DNA from: Gammaproteobacteria bacterium
GTDB lineage: Bacteria > Pseudomonadota > Gammaproteobacteria > CAJXQU01
Assembly: GCA_026984775.1 (NCBI GenBank)
Contig: JALSRM010000069.1
Span: 28,939 to 92,938, forward strand
Direction of reading: 5' to 3'
Length of the DNA stretch: 64,000 bases
A program made the translations under genes and the position numbers. The notes under the pieces are model-generated. The model was not told the origin of the DNA, ran no database searches, and was given only the letters and a program-made list of their open reading frames with translations. Shown piece by piece: positions 26,522 through 39,546 of this stretch. Within the stretch, counting starts at the first letter, position 1. Each line of letters begins with the position of its first letter.

Positions 26522-27625
26522 TCAAGATTCGTCACTTTTAGCCAATGCATCCAGACAGCGAATGACCTCGAAGCTGGCCTCCTCCATTTCCTTAATCTTC
26601 TCCACACCTTCATCTTCCAAGCCTTCATAGTAGAAGTTGATTGCGGCCACGCCCGCCTCATGCACCTTTTGATGGGGTTTCTCGAGCTCCTGAAAGGCGC
26701 GTGTATTTCCAAAGGCTTCTTTACCAGCACCGGCATACCATTTGCCAAGACGGCAGTCGGTATGAAGCGCAAAATCTTTTGCAGTTTTGTCTGAGAGGCC
26801 CATAAAAATTTGATAAATACCAAACTTGTAGATCAGATGATCGATCTTCGCCAGCTCGGCAAAACTGTATATCGCACTCCGTGCGATCGCATCCTCCATT
26901 TCTGAGGAGATGGCGATGAGGCTTTTCATGTTTTGGGTTGCTTCTTCCGTGATCACACTCAGTCCATCCGATTCTTCGATGACTTTATCCATCTGCGCCT
27001 TGGCTTCCTGGGTGTCTGTCTGGATGATCGTGACCAGTTCTTCAATCTCGTTGGTTGCTTCACTGGCGCGTGCCGCCAAATTTCTGACTTCATCAGCGAC
27101 CACTGCAAACCCACGCCCCATCTCACCTGCCCTGGCCGCTTCGATCGCTGCATTTAATGCCAGCAGATTGGTTTGTTCTGAAATCGCCTTGATCATATTC
27201 ACAATACCACCAATATCTTCCGCTCTCTGGCTCAATTCAGACACCTTGACTGAAGTCGTTGCGGTATCTTCCGTCATACGGTGCAGTTTCCTTGCCATGC
27301 TCTCGACGGACTCTCCCGTCGTCGCCGAAATCTTTCCAGCATCGACTGCAAGGGAGGACTTGCTCTCCATATCCGATGCAATGTCGCTCAGTGAGCCTTG
27401 AACAGACAACAATGAATCATTGAATAGTTGCATGTTCTTATAGATTTTTTCCTTGGTATAATGCCTCGAATGAGAGTCGTCAGCCACTGTTGACACATTG
27501 GCTACCAGAGTTCTCAAACTGTCTCTCTCTTCGATCACGTCTGCAAGTTCTGCACGTAAGCGTTCCAGTTCCTGATTCTCTTCGGAATTTTTGCTAGTCT
27601 GTTGTCTTTTACCAAATCCAAACAT
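26522..27625 (-). CDS. Soluble methyl-accepting chemotaxis protein with C-terminal chemoreceptor zinc-binding (CZB) domain
   Basis: MCP signalling domain [31 protein letters not shown]. No TM helix. The C-terminal block [12 protein letters not shown]...[10 protein letters not shown]...HQKVHE is CZB-like. Probable start is ATG 27625 (AGGGA SD). The ORF-track TTG 27676 start is less likely. Confidence 0.85.
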   Translation of the reverse strand: MFGFGKRQQTSKNSEENQELERLRAELADVIEERDSLRTLVANVSTVADDSHSRHYTKEKIYKNMQLFNDSLLSVQGSLSDIASDMESKSSLAVDAGKISATTGESVESMARKLHRMTEDTATTSVKVSELSQRAEDIGGIVNMIKAISEQTNLLALNAAIEAARAGEMGRGFAVVADEVRNLAARASEATNEIEELVTIIQTDTQEAKAQMDKVIEESDGLSVITEEATQNMKSLIAISSEMEDAIARSAIYSFAELAKIDHLIYKFGIYQIFMGLSDKTAKDFALHTDCRLGKWYAGAGKEAFGNTRAFQELEKPHQKVHEAGVAAINFYYEGLEDEGVEKIKEMEEASFEVIRCLDALAKSDES

Positions 27626-27709
27626 ATGATTTCCCTTACAATTGATAACTGAACTTTTGTAGTTTTCATCAAGCAATAACCGTTCCTGTTTTTAACCCAG
27701 AGGTATTCA

Positions 27710-29383
27710 ATGGCTCAATACGTTTTTTCCATGAACCGCGTCAGCAAGACGGTTCCACCAAATCGGACCATCCTGCGAGACATCTCACTCAGTTTCTTTC
27801 CCGGTGCAAAAATCGGTGTTCTTGGCCTAAACGGAGCCGGGAAGTCGAGCCTGCTCCGAATCATGGCGGGAATAGATAAGGAGTTTGATGGTGAGGTAAT
27901 TCCCATGAAAAACCTCAAGATTGGGTATCTGCCACAAGAACCTCAACTCGATCCTGCCAAGGATGTCAGGCGCAATATCGAGGAAGGTATTGCTGAAATC
28001 GCTAATCTTCTCGTACAGTTCGATGAAATCAATGCCCGTTTTGCAGAACCCATGAGTGATGCAGAAATGGCTGAACTACTTGAGAAACAGGCAGAGGTCC
28101 AAGCTGCTATTGATGCCGCCGGTGCCTGGGAATTGGATCGAATGCTGGAGATGGCTGCCGATGCACTTCGACTGCCACCCTGGGATGCGGATGTCACTAA
28201 GCTGTCCGGTGGAGAAAAACGGCGCGTCGCATTGTGCAAATTACTACTCTCCTCACCGGATTTATTGCTTTTGGATGAGCCAACCAATCATCTCGATGCA
28301 GCTTCAGTAGCCTGGCTCGAACGCTATCTTGAGGAATTTCCCGGTACAGTCATCGCAGTAACTCATGATCGCTATTTCCTCGACAATGTCGCCGGCTGGA
28401 TCCTTGAGCTCGATCGTGGCTACGGTATCCCATGGGAGGGCAACTATTCTTCCTGGCTGGAACAGAAGGAACAACGACTTGAACATGAGGAGAAACAGGA
28501 ACGCGCTCATCAAAAAGCCATCAAGGCAGAACTTGAATGGGTTCGTTCTGGAGCAAAAGGTCGTCACGCTAAAAGTAAGGCGCGTCTGCAACAATTCGAA
28601 GAGCTTAACTCCAGGGAATTCCAAAAACGAAACGAAACCAATGAGATCTATATCCCGCCCGGGCCCCGTTTGGGCGATCTTGTCGTTGAAGCTGAAAATC
28701 TCAAAAAGGCCTACGATGGAAAACTTTTGTATGAAAACCTAAGTTTCTCCCTGCCACCGGGTGGAATTGTCGGTATTATCGGGCCCAATGGTGCAGGGAA
28801 AACCACACTCTTTCGACTCTTGACACAACAAGAACAGCCCGACGCTGGACAGATCCGGATCGGTGAAACGGTAAAATTCGCTTATGTAGATCAGAGCCGT
28901 GATTCTCTTGATGACAATAAAACAGTCTGGGAAGAGATCTCCGATGGCCAAGATGTTATCAGGGTTGAAAACTATGAATGTCCTTCAAGACGCTATGTAG
29001 GTCGTTTCAACTTCAAAGGCGGGGATCAGCAAAAGAAAATAGGCCAGCTTTCCGGTGGAGAACGAAACCGGGTTCATCTCGCAAAAATGCTTCGATCAGG
29101 AGGTAATGTTCTACTGCTGGATGAGCCAACTAATGACTTGGATGTTGAAACACTACGCGCACTAGAAGAGGCTCTTCTCAATTTCCCTGGTTGTGCCGTC
29201 ATCATATCCCATGACCGTTGGTTCTTGGATCGAATCGCTACCCACATACTTGCTTTTGAGGGAGATAGCCAAGTGACCTGGTTTGAAGGAAACTATTCTG
29301 ATTATGAGAAGGATCGAAAAAAACGACTGGGAGATGAAGCCGATCAACCTCACAGGATCAAATATCGTCCTCTCTCCACCTAG
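27710..29383 (+). CDS. ettA: Energy-dependent translational throttle protein EttA (ABC-F ATPase)
   Basis: [55 protein letters not shown]... Two ABC cassettes ([17 protein letters not shown]) and an arm insertion. 557 aa, close to E. coli EttA. Confidence 0.95.
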   Translation: MAQYVFSMNRVSKTVPPNRTILRDISLSFFPGAKIGVLGLNGAGKSSLLRIMAGIDKEFDGEVIPMKNLKIGYLPQEPQLDPAKDVRRNIEEGIAEIANLLVQFDEINARFAEPMSDAEMAELLEKQAEVQAAIDAAGAWELDRMLEMAADALRLPPWDADVTKLSGGEKRRVALCKLLLSSPDLLLLDEPTNHLDAASVAWLERYLEEFPGTVIAVTHDRYFLDNVAGWILELDRGYGIPWEGNYSSWLEQKEQRLEHEEKQERAHQKAIKAELEWVRSGAKGRHAKSKARLQQFEELNSREFQKRNETNEIYIPPGPRLGDLVVEAENLKKAYDGKLLYENLSFSLPPGGIVGIIGPNGAGKTTLFRLLTQQEQPDAGQIRIGETVKFAYVDQSRDSLDDNKTVWEEISDGQDVIRVENYECPSRRYVGRFNFKGGDQQKKIGQLSGGERNRVHLAKMLRSGGNVLLLDEPTNDLDVETLRALEEALLNFPGCAVIISHDRWFLDRIATHILAFEGDSQVTWFEGNYSDYEKDRKKRLGDEADQPHRIKYRPLST

Positions 29384-29391
29384 GCATCAAT

Positions 29392-29420
29392 AAAAAAGCC
29401 GGTATAAAACCGGCTTATTT
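29392..29420. terminator. Bidirectional rho-independent terminator between ettA and rplQ
   Basis: AAAAAAGCCGGT ataaa ACCGGCTTATTT: an 8-bp GC-rich stem flanked by an A-run 5' and a T-run 3'. Confidence 0.8.
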
Positions 29421-29442
29421 CAAGATCGTTCATAAAGAAGAG

Positions 29443-29829
29443 TTATTCTTCGACCTCTTCCTCATTTACTTGCGGCCGATCGACCAGTTCCACAATTGCC
29501 ATCGGTGCTGCGTCCCCTGCCCGAAATCCACATTTCAGAATCCGTAGATAACCACCTGGACGATTTGCATATCGAGCCCCAAGCTCATCGAAGAGTTTGG
29601 CGACCATTTCCTTGTCACGAAGCCGGGCAAACGCCAAGCGCCTATTAGCGACGGTGTCTTTCTTTGCGAGAGTGATCAATGGTTCTGCAACTCGCCGCAA
29701 CTCTTTAGCCTTGGGCAAGGTCGTTTTGATCATTTCATGGCGAAACAAGGACGCTGCCATGTTCTTGAACATAGCCTTGCGATGACTGCTTGTTCTGTTT
29801 AAGTGTCGTCCACTTTTCAAATGACGCAT
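29443..29829 (-). CDS. rplQ: 50S ribosomal protein L17
   Basis: [28 protein letters not shown]... Last gene of the alpha operon. Confidence 0.97.
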   Translation of the reverse strand: MRHLKSGRHLNRTSSHRKAMFKNMAASLFRHEMIKTTLPKAKELRRVAEPLITLAKKDTVANRRLAFARLRDKEMVAKLFDELGARYANRPGGYLRILKCGFRAGDAAPMAIVELVDRPQVNEEEVEE

Positions 29830-29841
29830 CTTCGTAATTCC

Positions 29842-30843
29842 TTATGAGCTACTTACGTTTGAAATTAAGTCCTTCGGAGGCCAGTTCTCCAGGCGCATTC
29901 CGAGAGAGAGCCCCCTTTGAGCGAGAACACTCTTGATTTCTGTGAGAGATTTTTTACCCAGGTTTGGAGTCTTCAAAAGTTCGACTTCCGTTCTCTGGAT
30001 TAAATCACCGATATAGCAAATACTCTCAGCCTTCAGACAGTTAGCAGATCGGACTGTCAATTCCAAATCATCAATTGATCGAAGTAGAATGGGATCAATC
30101 TCGACCTCTTCCTCTTCTTCTTCCTTGACCGGTTCAATTGTGCTCAAATCAACAAAAACTGAGAGCTGATCGAGAAGGATCTTCACTGCTGTTTTTAAAG
30201 CTTCTTCGGGATCTATCGCACCATTGGTTTCGATCTCCAGAACCAATCGGTCCAGATCGGTACGCTGATCTACCCGGGCACTCTGCACTTCATAGGCAAC
30301 CCTGTGAATAGGACTAAATGATGCATCAAGCTTGAGATTGCCAATCGCTTGATCACTTTCATCACCAGCTACCTGCAAAGCTGCAGGTACATAACCTCTG
30401 CCTTTTATGACTTTCATTGTCATATTCAGTTCTGAGCCTTCATGCAGGGTAGCAATATGATGATCCTTATTGACAATTTCGATGTCATGATCGACTGCAA
30501 TATCACCTGCTGTCACCTGAGCAGGCCCCTTTACATTCAAAGTGATCGTAGCCTCATCCTTCGCATGCATAGCGATAGCAAGTCCTTTCAGGTTCAACAA
30601 GATGTCTGTCACATCTTCCTGTACACCTTCTATCGTCGTGTATTCATGCAATACACCCTCAATTTCTGCTTCAACGACCGCAGAACCCGGGATGGAAGAG
30701 AGTAAAACCCTGCGGAGAGCATTACCTAATGTATGCCCGAAACCTCTGTCAAGAGGTTCAAGAACGATCTTTGCACTTTTATCACTGATGAAATCTACAT
30801 CAACAATACGTGGTTTTAAAAATTCCGTAGCGGAAGTGGCCAT
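29842..30843 (-). CDS. rpoA: DNA-directed RNA polymerase subunit alpha
   Basis: [11 protein letters not shown]...[26 protein letters not shown]. 333 aa. Confidence 0.97.
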   Translation of the reverse strand: MATSATEFLKPRIVDVDFISDKSAKIVLEPLDRGFGHTLGNALRRVLLSSIPGSAVVEAEIEGVLHEYTTIEGVQEDVTDILLNLKGLAIAMHAKDEATITLNVKGPAQVTAGDIAVDHDIEIVNKDHHIATLHEGSELNMTMKVIKGRGYVPAALQVAGDESDQAIGNLKLDASFSPIHRVAYEVQSARVDQRTDLDRLVLEIETNGAIDPEEALKTAVKILLDQLSVFVDLSTIEPVKEEEEEEVEIDPILLRSIDDLELTVRSANCLKAESICYIGDLIQRTEVELLKTPNLGKKSLTEIKSVLAQRGLSLGMRLENWPPKDLISNVSSS

Positions 30844-30864
30844 AAGGTAATCTCCTAACCAGTA

Positions 30865-31488
30865 TTATTTAGAATACAATTCGACAACAAGCGATTCATT
30901 GATGTCTGCCGGCAAATCACTTCTTTCAGGAACTGATTTGAATACACCTTCCATCTTTTTTGTATCGATTTGCATCCATTCCGGAAACCCGAACTGTTCA
31001 GCTATTGCCAGAGAATCTTGGATTCGCACTTGGTTACGGCTCTTTTCCCTAACGGAAATAACGTCGTCCGGTTTAACTTGGTAAGAGGGAATATTGACCG
31101 TCTGGCCATTAACCAAGATCGCCTTGTGCGTGACCAGCTGCCGCGCCTCGGCACGCGTGCTGCCGAATCCCATTCTATAGACAACATTATCAAGACGACA
31201 TTCCAACAGTTTCAGAAGGTTTTCGCCTGTCGATCCCTTGATACGCGAAGCCTTTTTATAATAATTTCTGAATTGTCGCTCCAGAACACCATACATTTGT
31301 CTCAGTTTCTGCTTTTCACTCAACTGAAGAGCATAATCAGACATTCTACGTTGTCTGTTATCACCATGCTGTCCAGGTGGCTTCTCTAGCTGGCATTTTG
31401 ATTCCAGAGGCCTTGCTCGACTCTTCAGAAAAAGGTCAACACCATGCCGTCTACTTAATTTACACTTTGGTCCTATGTATCTCGCCAT
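30865..31488 (-). CDS. rpsD: 30S ribosomal protein S4
   Basis: [23 protein letters not shown]... Confidence 0.97.
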   Translation of the reverse strand: MARYIGPKCKLSRRHGVDLFLKSRARPLESKCQLEKPPGQHGDNRQRRMSDYALQLSEKQKLRQMYGVLERQFRNYYKKASRIKGSTGENLLKLLECRLDNVVYRMGFGSTRAEARQLVTHKAILVNGQTVNIPSYQVKPDDVISVREKSRNQVRIQDSLAIAEQFGFPEWMQIDTKKMEGVFKSVPERSDLPADINESLVVELYSK

Positions 31489-31502
31489 ATCAGGAATCTA
31501 CT

Positions 31503-31892
31503 CTATACTCTTCGTTTCTTTGGTGGCCGACATCCATTATGTGGAATCGGTGTCACATCGGTAATGCTGCTGATTTTAAAACCGGCATTGTTCAAGGCAC
31601 GCACTGCGGAGTCACGTCCCGGACCCGGTCCTTTGATAAAGACATCCAAATTCTGAATGCCATATTCATTCATTGTGTCGGTCAACCTCTCAGCAGCAAC
31701 CTGGGCAGCAAATGGCGTACTTTTTCTTGATCCACGAAAGCCGCTCCCACCCGCAGTCGCCCAAGCAAGGGTATTGCCCTGCCGATCGGTAATAGTAATA
31801 ATGGTATTGTTGAATGAAGCATGAACATGAACAGCTGCATCAACAACCGTTCTTTTGATTCGCTTTTTAGCTCGTCCTGGTGACTTTGCCAT
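31503..31892 (-). CDS. rpsK: 30S ribosomal protein S11
   Basis: [44 protein letters not shown]... Confidence 0.97.
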   Translation of the reverse strand: MAKSPGRAKKRIKRTVVDAAVHVHASFNNTIITITDRQGNTLAWATAGGSGFRGSRKSTPFAAQVAAERLTDTMNEYGIQNLDVFIKGPGPGRDSAVRALNNAGFKISSITDVTPIPHNGCRPPKKRRV

Positions 31893-31917
31893 ATTTTATA
31901 AAACCTAAATTAGATAG

Positions 31918-32274
31918 TTATTTACGGATTGGTTTTCTTGGACCTTTTCGGGTTCTCGCATTTGTTTTGGTACGTTGGCCACGCACAGGCAATCCACGCC
32001 GGTGCCGAATGCCTCGGAAACAACCGAGGTCCATCAGCCGTTTAATATTCATGGAGACTTCCCTTCGAAGATCACCCTCAACCTCATATTCACTCACTGC
32101 ATCGCGGAGTTTCTCGAGCTGCTCTTCGGTCAGATCCCTGATCTTTTGATCAGTTGGAACACCTGACTTTTTACAAATTTCCTTGGCGCGACTTTTGCCA
32201 ATACCATAGATATAGGTCAATGCTATTACAGTGTGTTTCTGATCTGGGATATTTACCCCTGCAACACGAGCCAT
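31918..32274 (-). CDS. rpsM: 30S ribosomal protein S13
   Basis: [26 protein letters not shown]... Confidence 0.97.
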   Translation of the reverse strand: MARVAGVNIPDQKHTVIALTYIYGIGKSRAKEICKKSGVPTDQKIRDLTEEQLEKLRDAVSEYEVEGDLRREVSMNIKRLMDLGCFRGIRHRRGLPVRGQRTKTNARTRKGPRKPIRK

Positions 32275-32353
32275 TATTTATCGTCTCCTAACCTTCTGTT
32301 TCGCGCAGAAAAGGCGCTGAATTCTATTCTTATATTCGATCATGATCAAGGTC

Positions 32354-32467
32354 TTAACCCTGTCTCTGTTTATGTCTGCCATCTTTACAGATCACGCGCA
32401 CGATGCCATTACGGCGGATGATCTTGCAATTTCTACACATTTTCTTAACTGATGCTCTTACTTTCAT
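32354..32467 (-). CDS. rpmJ: 50S ribosomal protein L36
   Basis: Translated by hand: [37 protein letters not shown] (37 aa). Below the ORF-track cutoff. Lies between secY and rpsM. Confidence 0.95.
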   Translation of the reverse strand: MKVRASVKKMCRNCKIIRRNGIVRVICKDGRHKQRQG

Positions 32468-32486
32468 ATCAAAACCTCTTTAAAAC

Positions 32487-33839
32487 CTATCGGCCGTAAC
32501 CTTTCAAATTGGCTTTTTTCATCAAACCTTCGTACTGATGTGACATCAAATGTGACTGTACCTGGGCCATGAAATCCATTACAACAACAACAATGATCAG
32601 TAACGATGTGCCCCCAAAATAGAATGGAACGCTGAACTTTAATATCAGAAACTCCGGGAGCAAACAAACCAGAGTAATATAAATCGCACCGGCCATTGTT
32701 AAACGGGTCATCACACCATCGATATATTTCGCTGTTTGTTCACCTGGCCTAATTCCTGGAATAAATGCCCCTGATTTTTTTAGATTCTCTGCTGTCTCCC
32801 GTGGATTAAACACCAACGCGGTATAGAAGAAACAAAAGAAGACAATTGCTGCCGCATAAAGCATGACATAAAGCGGCTGACCAGGTGAAAGTGTCGTACT
32901 GAGATCTTTTAACCACCCCAGCCCTTCTTTGCTACCGAACCATCCTGCTATCGTACTCGGGAAGAGAATGATACTTGATGCAAAAATCGGTGGAATCACA
33001 CCTGCCATGTTCAATTTAAGAGGCAGATGACTGGTTTGTCCACCGTACATTTTCCTGCCCACCTGCCTTTTTGCATAATTGACAGTGATTCGTCTTTGCC
33101 CACGCTCGACAAAAATGACAAAAGCAGTTACGAGCAGTGCCAAAGCAAAGAGCCCGAACACCATCAACCAATGTAACTCGCCAGTTCTAGCCAGTTCGAG
33201 CGTTCCTCCGATAGCTGCTGGCAGTCCGGCAACGATACCAGCAAAGATGATCATCGAAATACCATTCCCAATACCACGCTCGGTAATTTGCTCACCCAAC
33301 CACATCAAAAAAAGAGTCCCCGTGACTAACGTCGTGACAGCCGTAATACGAAAGGCTATTCCTGGATCAATCACCAAGCCCAGCCCGTTGACTGACTGAC
33401 CTTCAAGGGCAATTGCAATGCCAATTGCCTGGAATGTTGCGAGAACGACTGTCCCATAACGAGTGTATTGAGTGATTTTCCTGCGTCCAGCTTCTCCCTC
33501 TTTTTTAAGCTGCTCAAGCTTCGGGTGCACGACTGTCAGAAGCTGCATAATAATTGAAGCTGAAATATAGGGCATAATCCCCAATGCAACGACAGAAAAT
33601 CGTTTCAAAGCACCACCAGAGAACATGTTGAACATGTCCAGGATGGTTCCTTTCTGCTGTTCAAACAATGCGGCCAAGGCGTAAGGATTTATTCCGGGAA
33701 CGGGTATGTGCGTGCAAATACGGAAAACAACCAAAGCACCGATCAGGAAAAGCAGACGCTGTTTCAACTCAGAAACTTCACCGATAGCGGATATCCCACC
33801 TGGCATAGCAGCCTGTTGTTTTTTCTTTTTTGAAGCCAC
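32487..33839 (-). CDS. secY: Preprotein translocase subunit SecY
   Basis: [27 protein letters not shown]... 10 TM helices. The start may be the internal Met at aa 12. Confidence 0.96.
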   Translation of the reverse strand: MASKKKKQQAAMPGGISAIGEVSELKQRLLFLIGALVVFRICTHIPVPGINPYALAALFEQQKGTILDMFNMFSGGALKRFSVVALGIMPYISASIIMQLLTVVHPKLEQLKKEGEAGRRKITQYTRYGTVVLATFQAIGIAIALEGQSVNGLGLVIDPGIAFRITAVTTLVTGTLFLMWLGEQITERGIGNGISMIIFAGIVAGLPAAIGGTLELARTGELHWLMVFGLFALALLVTAFVIFVERGQRRITVNYAKRQVGRKMYGGQTSHLPLKLNMAGVIPPIFASSIILFPSTIAGWFGSKEGLGWLKDLSTTLSPGQPLYVMLYAAAIVFFCFFYTALVFNPRETAENLKKSGAFIPGIRPGEQTAKYIDGVMTRLTMAGAIYITLVCLLPEFLILKFSVPFYFGGTSLLIIVVVVMDFMAQVQSHLMSHQYEGLMKKANLKGYGR

Positions 33840-34274
33840 TTAATCTTCCAGTTTTCCGCCTGCAGCTTCTATTGCAGCTTTCGCTCCTTTTGTTGCTGCA
33901 ATCCCTTTCAATGTAATCGCCTTCTTGATTTCGCCAGACAAGATCACCTTGACATGCTTAATATTGTTTGAAATCAGATCAGCCTTCTTCAACGCATCGA
34001 TATCGATAATATCAGTATTGGCAAGTTCTAGTTCATTCAGCCTAATCTCTGCCTTTGAGAGCGACTTTCGAGAGGTGAAACCAAACTTCGGCAGTCGCCG
34101 CTGCAGAGGCATCTGTCCACCTTCGAAACCAACCTTGTGATAACCGCCAGAACGCGAATGCTGTCCTTTATGGCCTCGTCCACAGGTCTTGCCTGATCCA
34201 GAACCAATGCCACGACCGACTCTTTTCCGTGATCGTCTTGAACCTTGTGCGGGTTTAATAGTGTTAAGTCGCAT
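33840..34274 (-). CDS. rplO: 50S ribosomal protein L15
   Basis: [38 protein letters not shown]... Confidence 0.97.
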   Translation of the reverse strand: MRLNTIKPAQGSRRSRKRVGRGIGSGSGKTCGRGHKGQHSRSGGYHKVGFEGGQMPLQRRLPKFGFTSRKSLSKAEIRLNELELANTDIIDIDALKKADLISNNIKHVKVILSGEIKKAITLKGIAATKGAKAAIEAAGGKLED

Positions 34275-34463
34275 TTAAACTTCCTCAACCTGTAACAGGT
34301 ATGAAACCTTGTTGATCATGCCACGATTTTCAGGCGTATCGCTGACGACAACACTGTGTCTGATCCGCCTCAATCCGAGTCCGTGCACACAAGCCTTATG
34401 TGACGTCCTCCGGCCATTCAGGCTTTTGATTAATGTAACTTTCAGTTCGTTTTGTTTGGCCAT
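34275..34463 (-). CDS. rpmD: 50S ribosomal protein L30
   Basis: [34 protein letters not shown]... Confidence 0.95.
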   Translation of the reverse strand: MAKQNELKVTLIKSLNGRRTSHKACVHGLGLRRIRHSVVVSDTPENRGMINKVSYLLQVEEV

Positions 34464-34465
34464 GA

Positions 34466-34966
34466 TTATTCCGTAATTTCATCCACCGATTTACCACGCT
34501 TGGTGGCATAGTATTCGGGGTCTTTCATCTCAACAAGCCCTTTAATGGTTGCTCTGACCACATTGATGGGATTATTCGATCCAATACATTTGGCCAGAAC
34601 ATTATTTACACCAACAGCCTCAAAAACTGCACGCATAGGTCCACCGGCAATAATTCCGGTACCTTCTGAAGCAGGGCGCATATGAATTTTTGCAGCTCCA
34701 AATTCGGCTGTTATGGGATACTGAAGAGTCCCGTCTTTAAGTGGGACGGTTTTCATATTCCTTCTTGCATTTTCCATTGCTTTCTGTATCGCTACAGGAA
34801 CCTCACGAGCCTTGCCTCTACCAAAGCCTATTCGACCTTCCCCATCACCAACAACAGTCAAAGCTGAGAAACCAAAAATTCGACCGCCTTTTACCACCTT
34901 GGCAACACGGTTCACGTGAACCAGTTTCTCGATATAACCTTCACCCTGATCTTTACTAGCTGCCAT
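34466..34966 (-). CDS. rpsE: 30S ribosomal protein S5
   Basis: [49 protein letters not shown]... Confidence 0.97.
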   Translation of the reverse strand: MAASKDQGEGYIEKLVHVNRVAKVVKGGRIFGFSALTVVGDGEGRIGFGRGKAREVPVAIQKAMENARRNMKTVPLKDGTLQYPITAEFGAAKIHMRPASEGTGIIAGGPMRAVFEAVGVNNVLAKCIGSNNPINVVRATIKGLVEMKDPEYYATKRGKSVDEITE

Positions 34967-34983
34967 AATCTTGTAACCTTATT

Positions 34984-35340
34984 CTAGAATTTGAGCCCGG
35001 CCTCACGTGCAGCATCAGCCAACGCTTTAACACGACCGTGGTACTTATAGCCGGATCGATCAAAAGCTACCGTCTCAATGCCGGCTTGTCTGCAACGTTC
35101 GGCGATAGCGGTACCTACCTTTATTGCCGCCTCGATATTTCCACCATTATTGACTTCGGAACGTAACGACTTATCCACTGTTGAAGCACTGGCGAGAACT
35201 CTACCACCTTCAGGAGTAATCACTTGAGCATAGATATGCCGCGGTGTTCTATGCACAGTCAATCTGTGGGCTCCCAATTCCCTTATTTTTGCTCGTGCCT
35301 TGACGGAGCGTCTCATTCTTGAAGCTTTTTTATTCATCAT
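34984..35340 (-). CDS. rplR: 50S ribosomal protein L18
   Basis: [34 protein letters not shown]... Confidence 0.97.
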   Translation of the reverse strand: MMNKKASRMRRSVKARAKIRELGAHRLTVHRTPRHIYAQVITPEGGRVLASASTVDKSLRSEVNNGGNIEAAIKVGTAIAERCRQAGIETVAFDRSGYKYHGRVKALADAAREAGLKF

Positions 35341-35345
35341 TTCAC

Positions 35346-35879
35346 CTAGGCTTTCTTGGCTTCCTTACGGACAATCACTTCATCCGCATACTTTATACCC
35401 TTACCTTTATAAGGTTCTGGTTTTCTATAGTTGCGGATCTCTGCAGACACTTGTCCAACCTTCTGTTTATCGATGCCCTTGACAACAATCTCTGTCTGGC
35501 TCGGCGTTTCAATAGTAATTCCCTCAGGAATTTCATAGTTTACTGGATGAGAAAAACCCAGTGTCAGATTGAGCACTTTCCCCTGCACCTGTGCGCGATA
35601 ACCGACACCGTTGATTTCCAGTTTCTTTTCAAACCCCTCGGTAACTCCGGTAACCATGTTCTGTAGCAAGGACCGCGTTGTTCCAGCTAAGGCATTCGCC
35701 TGCTTGGAAGAATCATTGGCAGAGACCTTGAGCACTTCTTCTTCCTGTACAACCTTGACCAAGTCATGGATGACGTAAGTCAATGTTCCCTTTGAACCTT
35801 CAACCGTAACCTTCTGCCCTTCAAGATTGAACTTGACGCCTGAAGGTAGTGATACTGGATTATTCGATATCCTGGACAT
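35346..35879 (-). CDS. rplF: 50S ribosomal protein L6
   Basis: [33 protein letters not shown]... Confidence 0.97.
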   Translation of the reverse strand: MSRISNNPVSLPSGVKFNLEGQKVTVEGSKGTLTYVIHDLVKVVQEEEVLKVSANDSSKQANALAGTTRSLLQNMVTGVTEGFEKKLEINGVGYRAQVQGKVLNLTLGFSHPVNYEIPEGITIETPSQTEIVVKGIDKQKVGQVSAEIRNYRKPEPYKGKGIKYADEVIVRKEAKKA

Positions 35880-35892
35880 TGTTAGATTTCCA

Positions 35893-36288
35893 TTAATAAA
35901 CTGCGCAAATTACTTCACCACCGATACCACGTTGACGTGCAGCTCGATCCGTCATTACACCTTGAGAAGTTGAAATAACAGCGATGCCGTAACCACCTTG
36001 GATTTGAGGCAGATCTTCGCTTCCACAATATACTCGTCGGCTAGGTTTACTGATTCTCTTGATCGAATCAATAACTGGTCGATCATTTACATATTTCAAT
36101 TCAATCGTCATTACAGGCTTGCCATCGACGATATCAGTTGTGCAATCAGCAATATACCCCTCTTCTTTCAAGAGGTTTGCAATTGTGACCTTTTTAGTGG
36201 ATGCCGGCATGGTTACGACCTTTTTTAAGGCGCTTTGACCATTGCGGATCTGGGTCAACATATCTGAAATAGGATCTTGCATACTCAT
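35893..36288 (-). CDS. rpsH: 30S ribosomal protein S8
   Basis: [30 protein letters not shown]... Confidence 0.97.
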   Translation of the reverse strand: MSMQDPISDMLTQIRNGQSALKKVVTMPASTKKVTIANLLKEEGYIADCTTDIVDGKPVMTIELKYVNDRPVIDSIKRISKPSRRVYCGSEDLPQIQGGYGIAVISTSQGVMTDRAARQRGIGGEVICAVY

Positions 36289-36318
36289 ATTGATATTTCC
36301 GTTCCGGTTTCTGCAAAT

Positions 36319-36624
36319 TTACCAACTGGCTTTGACAAGTCCTGGCACATCGCCTCTCATTGCAACTAAACGCAACCGATTTCTTGCCAGTCCGAACTTT
36401 CGATAGTAGCCATGTGGGCGGCCCGTGATCTGGCACCGGTTTCTCATTCTTGACGGACTTGAATCCCTTGGTAATTTCTGTAGAGCAACTCGCGCCTTGT
36501 TTCGCTCTTCTTCAGTCAGACTCATATCAACCGCCATTGCTTTTAGCTGTTTACGCTTTTCAGCATATTTTTTTACAAGTCGAGCACGTTTTCGCTCTCT
36601 GTTTACCATGGATACCTTTGCCAT
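36319..36624 (-). CDS. rpsN: 30S ribosomal protein S14
   Basis: [24 protein letters not shown]...[25 protein letters not shown]. The ORF-track 36675 start is a 17-aa upstream extension. ATG at 36624 matches S14. Confidence 0.93.
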   Translation of the reverse strand: MAKVSMVNRERKRARLVKKYAEKRKQLKAMAVDMSLTEEERNKARVALQKLPRDSSPSRMRNRCQITGRPHGYYRKFGLARNRLRLVAMRGDVPGLVKASW

Positions 36625-36646
36625 AAGAAACTTTACTCCAAACCTT

Positions 36647-37186
36647 TTATGTTCTGATTGGGAAGTTAAATGCACGCAATAATGCCCGGCCTTCCTCGTC
36701 AGTCGTTGCCGATGTTGTTATACAAACGTCAAGACCGCGAATTGCATCGATCTTGTCATAATCAATCTCAGGAAAGATGATCTGTTCTTTCACGCCGAAA
36801 GAATAATTTCCACGGCCATCAAATGATTTATTACTCAGTCCTCTGAAATCCCTGATTCGAGGGATCGCGATCGTTATCAGCCGATCCAAAAACTCATACA
36901 TACGTTCACGACGGAGAGTAACTTTCACTCCATTTGGCCAGCCTTCGCGGATTTTGAAGTTGGCAACTGATTTCTTTGCTTTAACCACTACAGGTTTCTG
37001 CCCAGAAATCAGGGCAAGATCATTCACTGCATGCTCAATTACTTTTTTATCACTGACCGCTTCACCAAGCCCCATGTTAAGTGTAATTTTTGTAATCTGG
37101 GGAATCTGCATATTGCTCTTGTAACCAAACTCATCTTGCAATTTGGGCACAATCTTTTCTTTATAAACCTGTTGTAATCTAGCCAT
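36647..37186 (-). CDS. rplE: 50S ribosomal protein L5
   Basis: [39 protein letters not shown]... The ORF-track start at 37201 is a TTG overlapping the rplX stop. ATG at 37186 gives the canonical 179-aa L5. Confidence 0.95.
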   Translation of the reverse strand: MARLQQVYKEKIVPKLQDEFGYKSNMQIPQITKITLNMGLGEAVSDKKVIEHAVNDLALISGQKPVVVKAKKSVANFKIREGWPNGVKVTLRRERMYEFLDRLITIAIPRIRDFRGLSNKSFDGRGNYSFGVKEQIIFPEIDYDKIDAIRGLDVCITTSATTDEEGRALLRAFNFPIRT

Positions 37187-37197
37187 GTCTAAACCTG

Positions 37198-37515
37198 TCA
37201 AATATCGACGACTTCGCCGTTGGATTTGAAATATCTTACTTTCTTGCCATCTTCAAGTATCTTGAAACCAACCCTGTCCGCCTTCTTTGTGGCTGGATTA
37301 TAAATAGCAACGTTACTTACATGAATCGGTGCTTCTTTTTCAATAATTCCGCCAGGCTCACCAATCTGTGGGTTTGGACGAACATGTTTCTTGATGAGAT
37401 TCACATTCTCAACGATCACCTTATCTCCCGGAAGAACACGCCGAACCGTACCCCTGGCTCCTCTATTCTTGCCAGTCAGAACAACAACGTCATCACCTTG
37501 TTTAATCTTTCTCAT
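37198..37515 (-). CDS. rplX: 50S ribosomal protein L24
   Basis: [27 protein letters not shown]... Confidence 0.97.
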   Translation of the reverse strand: MRKIKQGDDVVVLTGKNRGARGTVRRVLPGDKVIVENVNLIKKHVRPNPQIGEPGGIIEKEAPIHVSNVAIYNPATKKADRVGFKILEDGKKVRYFKSNGEVVDI

Positions 37516-37526
37516 AATTGCCTAAC

Positions 37527-37895
37527 CTAAAGTACTTCCGGAGCCAGTGAAACAATACGCATAAACTTATCCCCCCTAAGCTCACGTGTCACAGGCCCAA
37601 AGATACGTGTTCCAACAGGATTCATCTGTTTGTCAAGCAGTACTGCGGCGTTACCATCAAAGCGTATGAGTGATCCATCCGGGCGTCTGACACCTTTACG
37701 TGTGCGTACGACAACGGCATTAAACACGTCTCCTTTTTTCACCTTGCCACGTGGTATCGCTTCCTTTACCGTGACCTTGATGATATCTCCGATACCAGCG
37801 TAGCGTATGCCTGAACCACCAAGCACCTTGATACACATCAATCGGCGCGCACCGCTATTATCTGCGGCATCGAGCATTGACTGCATCTGTATCAT
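37527..37895 (-). CDS. rplN: 50S ribosomal protein L14
   Basis: [28 protein letters not shown]... Confidence 0.97.
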   Translation of the reverse strand: MIQMQSMLDAADNSGARRLMCIKVLGGSGIRYAGIGDIIKVTVKEAIPRGKVKKGDVFNAVVVRTRKGVRRPDGSLIRFDGNAAVLLDKQMNPVGTRIFGPVTRELRGDKFMRIVSLAPEVL

Positions 37896-37964
37896 TTAAT
37901 TTCTCCGTTTCTAAATTGCAGGAATAAAACCCGCGTTCAAAAAAAATCAATGTCAAAACAACCG

Positions 37965-38237
37965 TTAAAGTTGTGCAGCTTTTTCGACTATTTTTTGTAG
38001 TCGCCAGGTTTTATGCTTTGAAAGAGGCCGACATGATTCAATCGCAACTGTATCCCCAATATTACATTCATTGTTTTCATCATGTGCCATCAGTTTTGTT
38101 GACCGTTTGACATATTTTTTGTACAACGGATGCATTACCTGACGCTCAACTTTGACGGTAATTGATTTGTCCATCGCATTACTGACAACCTGACCTATAA
38201 CCACTTTGGTATTTTTAATTTCTTCAGTCATGATCAA
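37965..38237 (-). CDS. rpsQ: 30S ribosomal protein S17
   Basis: [51 protein letters not shown]... The start may be the third codon (ATG at 38231). Confidence 0.95.
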   Translation of the reverse strand: MIMTEEIKNTKVVIGQVVSNAMDKSITVKVERQVMHPLYKKYVKRSTKLMAHDENNECNIGDTVAIESCRPLSKHKTWRLQKIVEKAAQL

Positions 38238-38428
38238 CTACCGGCTTTCATTTCGTTTAAAATAGTCTTCACTCTGGCAATATCCTTCCGCAGTTTTTTA
38301 AACATATGAGGACGGCTTGCCTGTCCTGTACCCTTCTGCATTCGTAAACTGAACTGCTCTTTACGTAAATCAAGAAGCAGATTCTGCAATTCTTCAGGTT
38401 TCTTTGACCTTAATTCTTTGACTTCCAT
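38234..38428 (-). CDS. rpmC: 50S ribosomal protein L29
   Basis: [36 protein letters not shown]... Confidence 0.95.
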   Translation of the reverse strand: MEVKELRSKKPEELQNLLLDLRKEQFSLRMQKGTGQASRPHMFKKLRKDIARVKTILNEMKAGS

Positions 38429-38841
38429 TACAGTACAGTCCTGGATGTAAATGTTGTTCTCACAGGAAGTTTCGCAGCTGCCAACCTCAAAGCCTCTCTT
38501 GCAATGGGTTCTGCAACCCCTTCCATTTCGTATAACACCTTGCCGGGCTGAACTTCAGCAACCCAGTATTCAACGTTTCCCTTACCTTTACCTTGCCTTA
38601 CTTCCAGTGGTTTTTTGGTAATCGGCTTGTCTGGAAAGATTCTGATCCAGATTTTTGCACCACGTTTTACATGCCGTGTGATCGCACGTCGGCCCGCCTC
38701 GATCTGACGAGAAGTGATTCGTCCGCGAGTAGTTGCTTTGAGACCATATTCTCCAAAACTAACTCTATTTCCACGGAGAGCAAGGCCACGGTTTCTTCCC
38801 TTCTGTTGTTTTCTGAACTTTGTCCTTTTAGGCTGAAGCAT
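38428..38841 (-). CDS. rplP: 50S ribosomal protein L16
   Basis: [21 protein letters not shown]... Confidence 0.97.
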   Translation of the reverse strand: MLQPKRTKFRKQQKGRNRGLALRGNRVSFGEYGLKATTRGRITSRQIEAGRRAITRHVKRGAKIWIRIFPDKPITKKPLEVRQGKGKGNVEYWVAEVQPGKVLYEMEGVAEPIAREALRLAAAKLPVRTTFTSRTVL

Positions 38842-38855
38842 CTACGCTCTCCTGA

Positions 38856-39536
38856 TTACCCTGCTTTATTACTTTCTTCACTTGAGACAGGATCGTCAGT
38901 TTCTATTTTGTCGACGATCTCACCTTTGAATATCCAAACCTTGACACCTAGAATCCCGTAAGTGGTCAAGGCCTCTGCTGTTCCATAATCAATGTCAGCA
39001 CGTAGTGTGTGTAATGGCACTCTTCCTTCCCTATACCACTGTGTTCTGGCGATTTCAGCACCATTCAGTCTACCTGCTACATTGATCCGGATACCTTCAG
39101 CGCCCAAACGCATGGCATTTGTCACAGCACGTTTCATAGCGCGGCGGAACATGATACGACGCTCCAGCTGATTTGCAACACCTTCTGCGACAAGATAGGC
39201 ATCAAGTTCAGGCTTTCTTATCTCTTCCACACTCACGTGAGCGGTAACCCCCATCATTTTTGAGATTTCGTTTCTGAGCATCTCAATGTCTTCACCTTTC
39301 TTGCCGATCACAATACCTGGCCTGGCCGTATGGATTATGACCTTGGCATTATTGGCTGGTCTTTCGATCTGAATACGGCTTACAGATGCATGTTTGAGCT
39401 TGTTCTGCAGGAATTCTCTAACTTTCAGATCAGTGTTGAGGTAGTCCGCATAGTTTCTGGAGTCAGCATACCAAGTTGAATTCCAGTCTTTTACAATACC
39501 CAGTCGGATGCCGGTTGGATGTACTTTTTGTCCCAT
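38856..39536 (-). CDS. rpsC: 30S ribosomal protein S3
   Basis: [24 protein letters not shown]... Confidence 0.97.
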   Translation of the reverse strand: MGQKVHPTGIRLGIVKDWNSTWYADSRNYADYLNTDLKVREFLQNKLKHASVSRIQIERPANNAKVIIHTARPGIVIGKKGEDIEMLRNEISKMMGVTAHVSVEEIRKPELDAYLVAEGVANQLERRIMFRRAMKRAVTNAMRLGAEGIRINVAGRLNGAEIARTQWYREGRVPLHTLRADIDYGTAEALTTYGILGVKVWIFKGEIVDKIETDDPVSSEESNKAG

Positions 39537-39546
39537 AGGATTTTCT

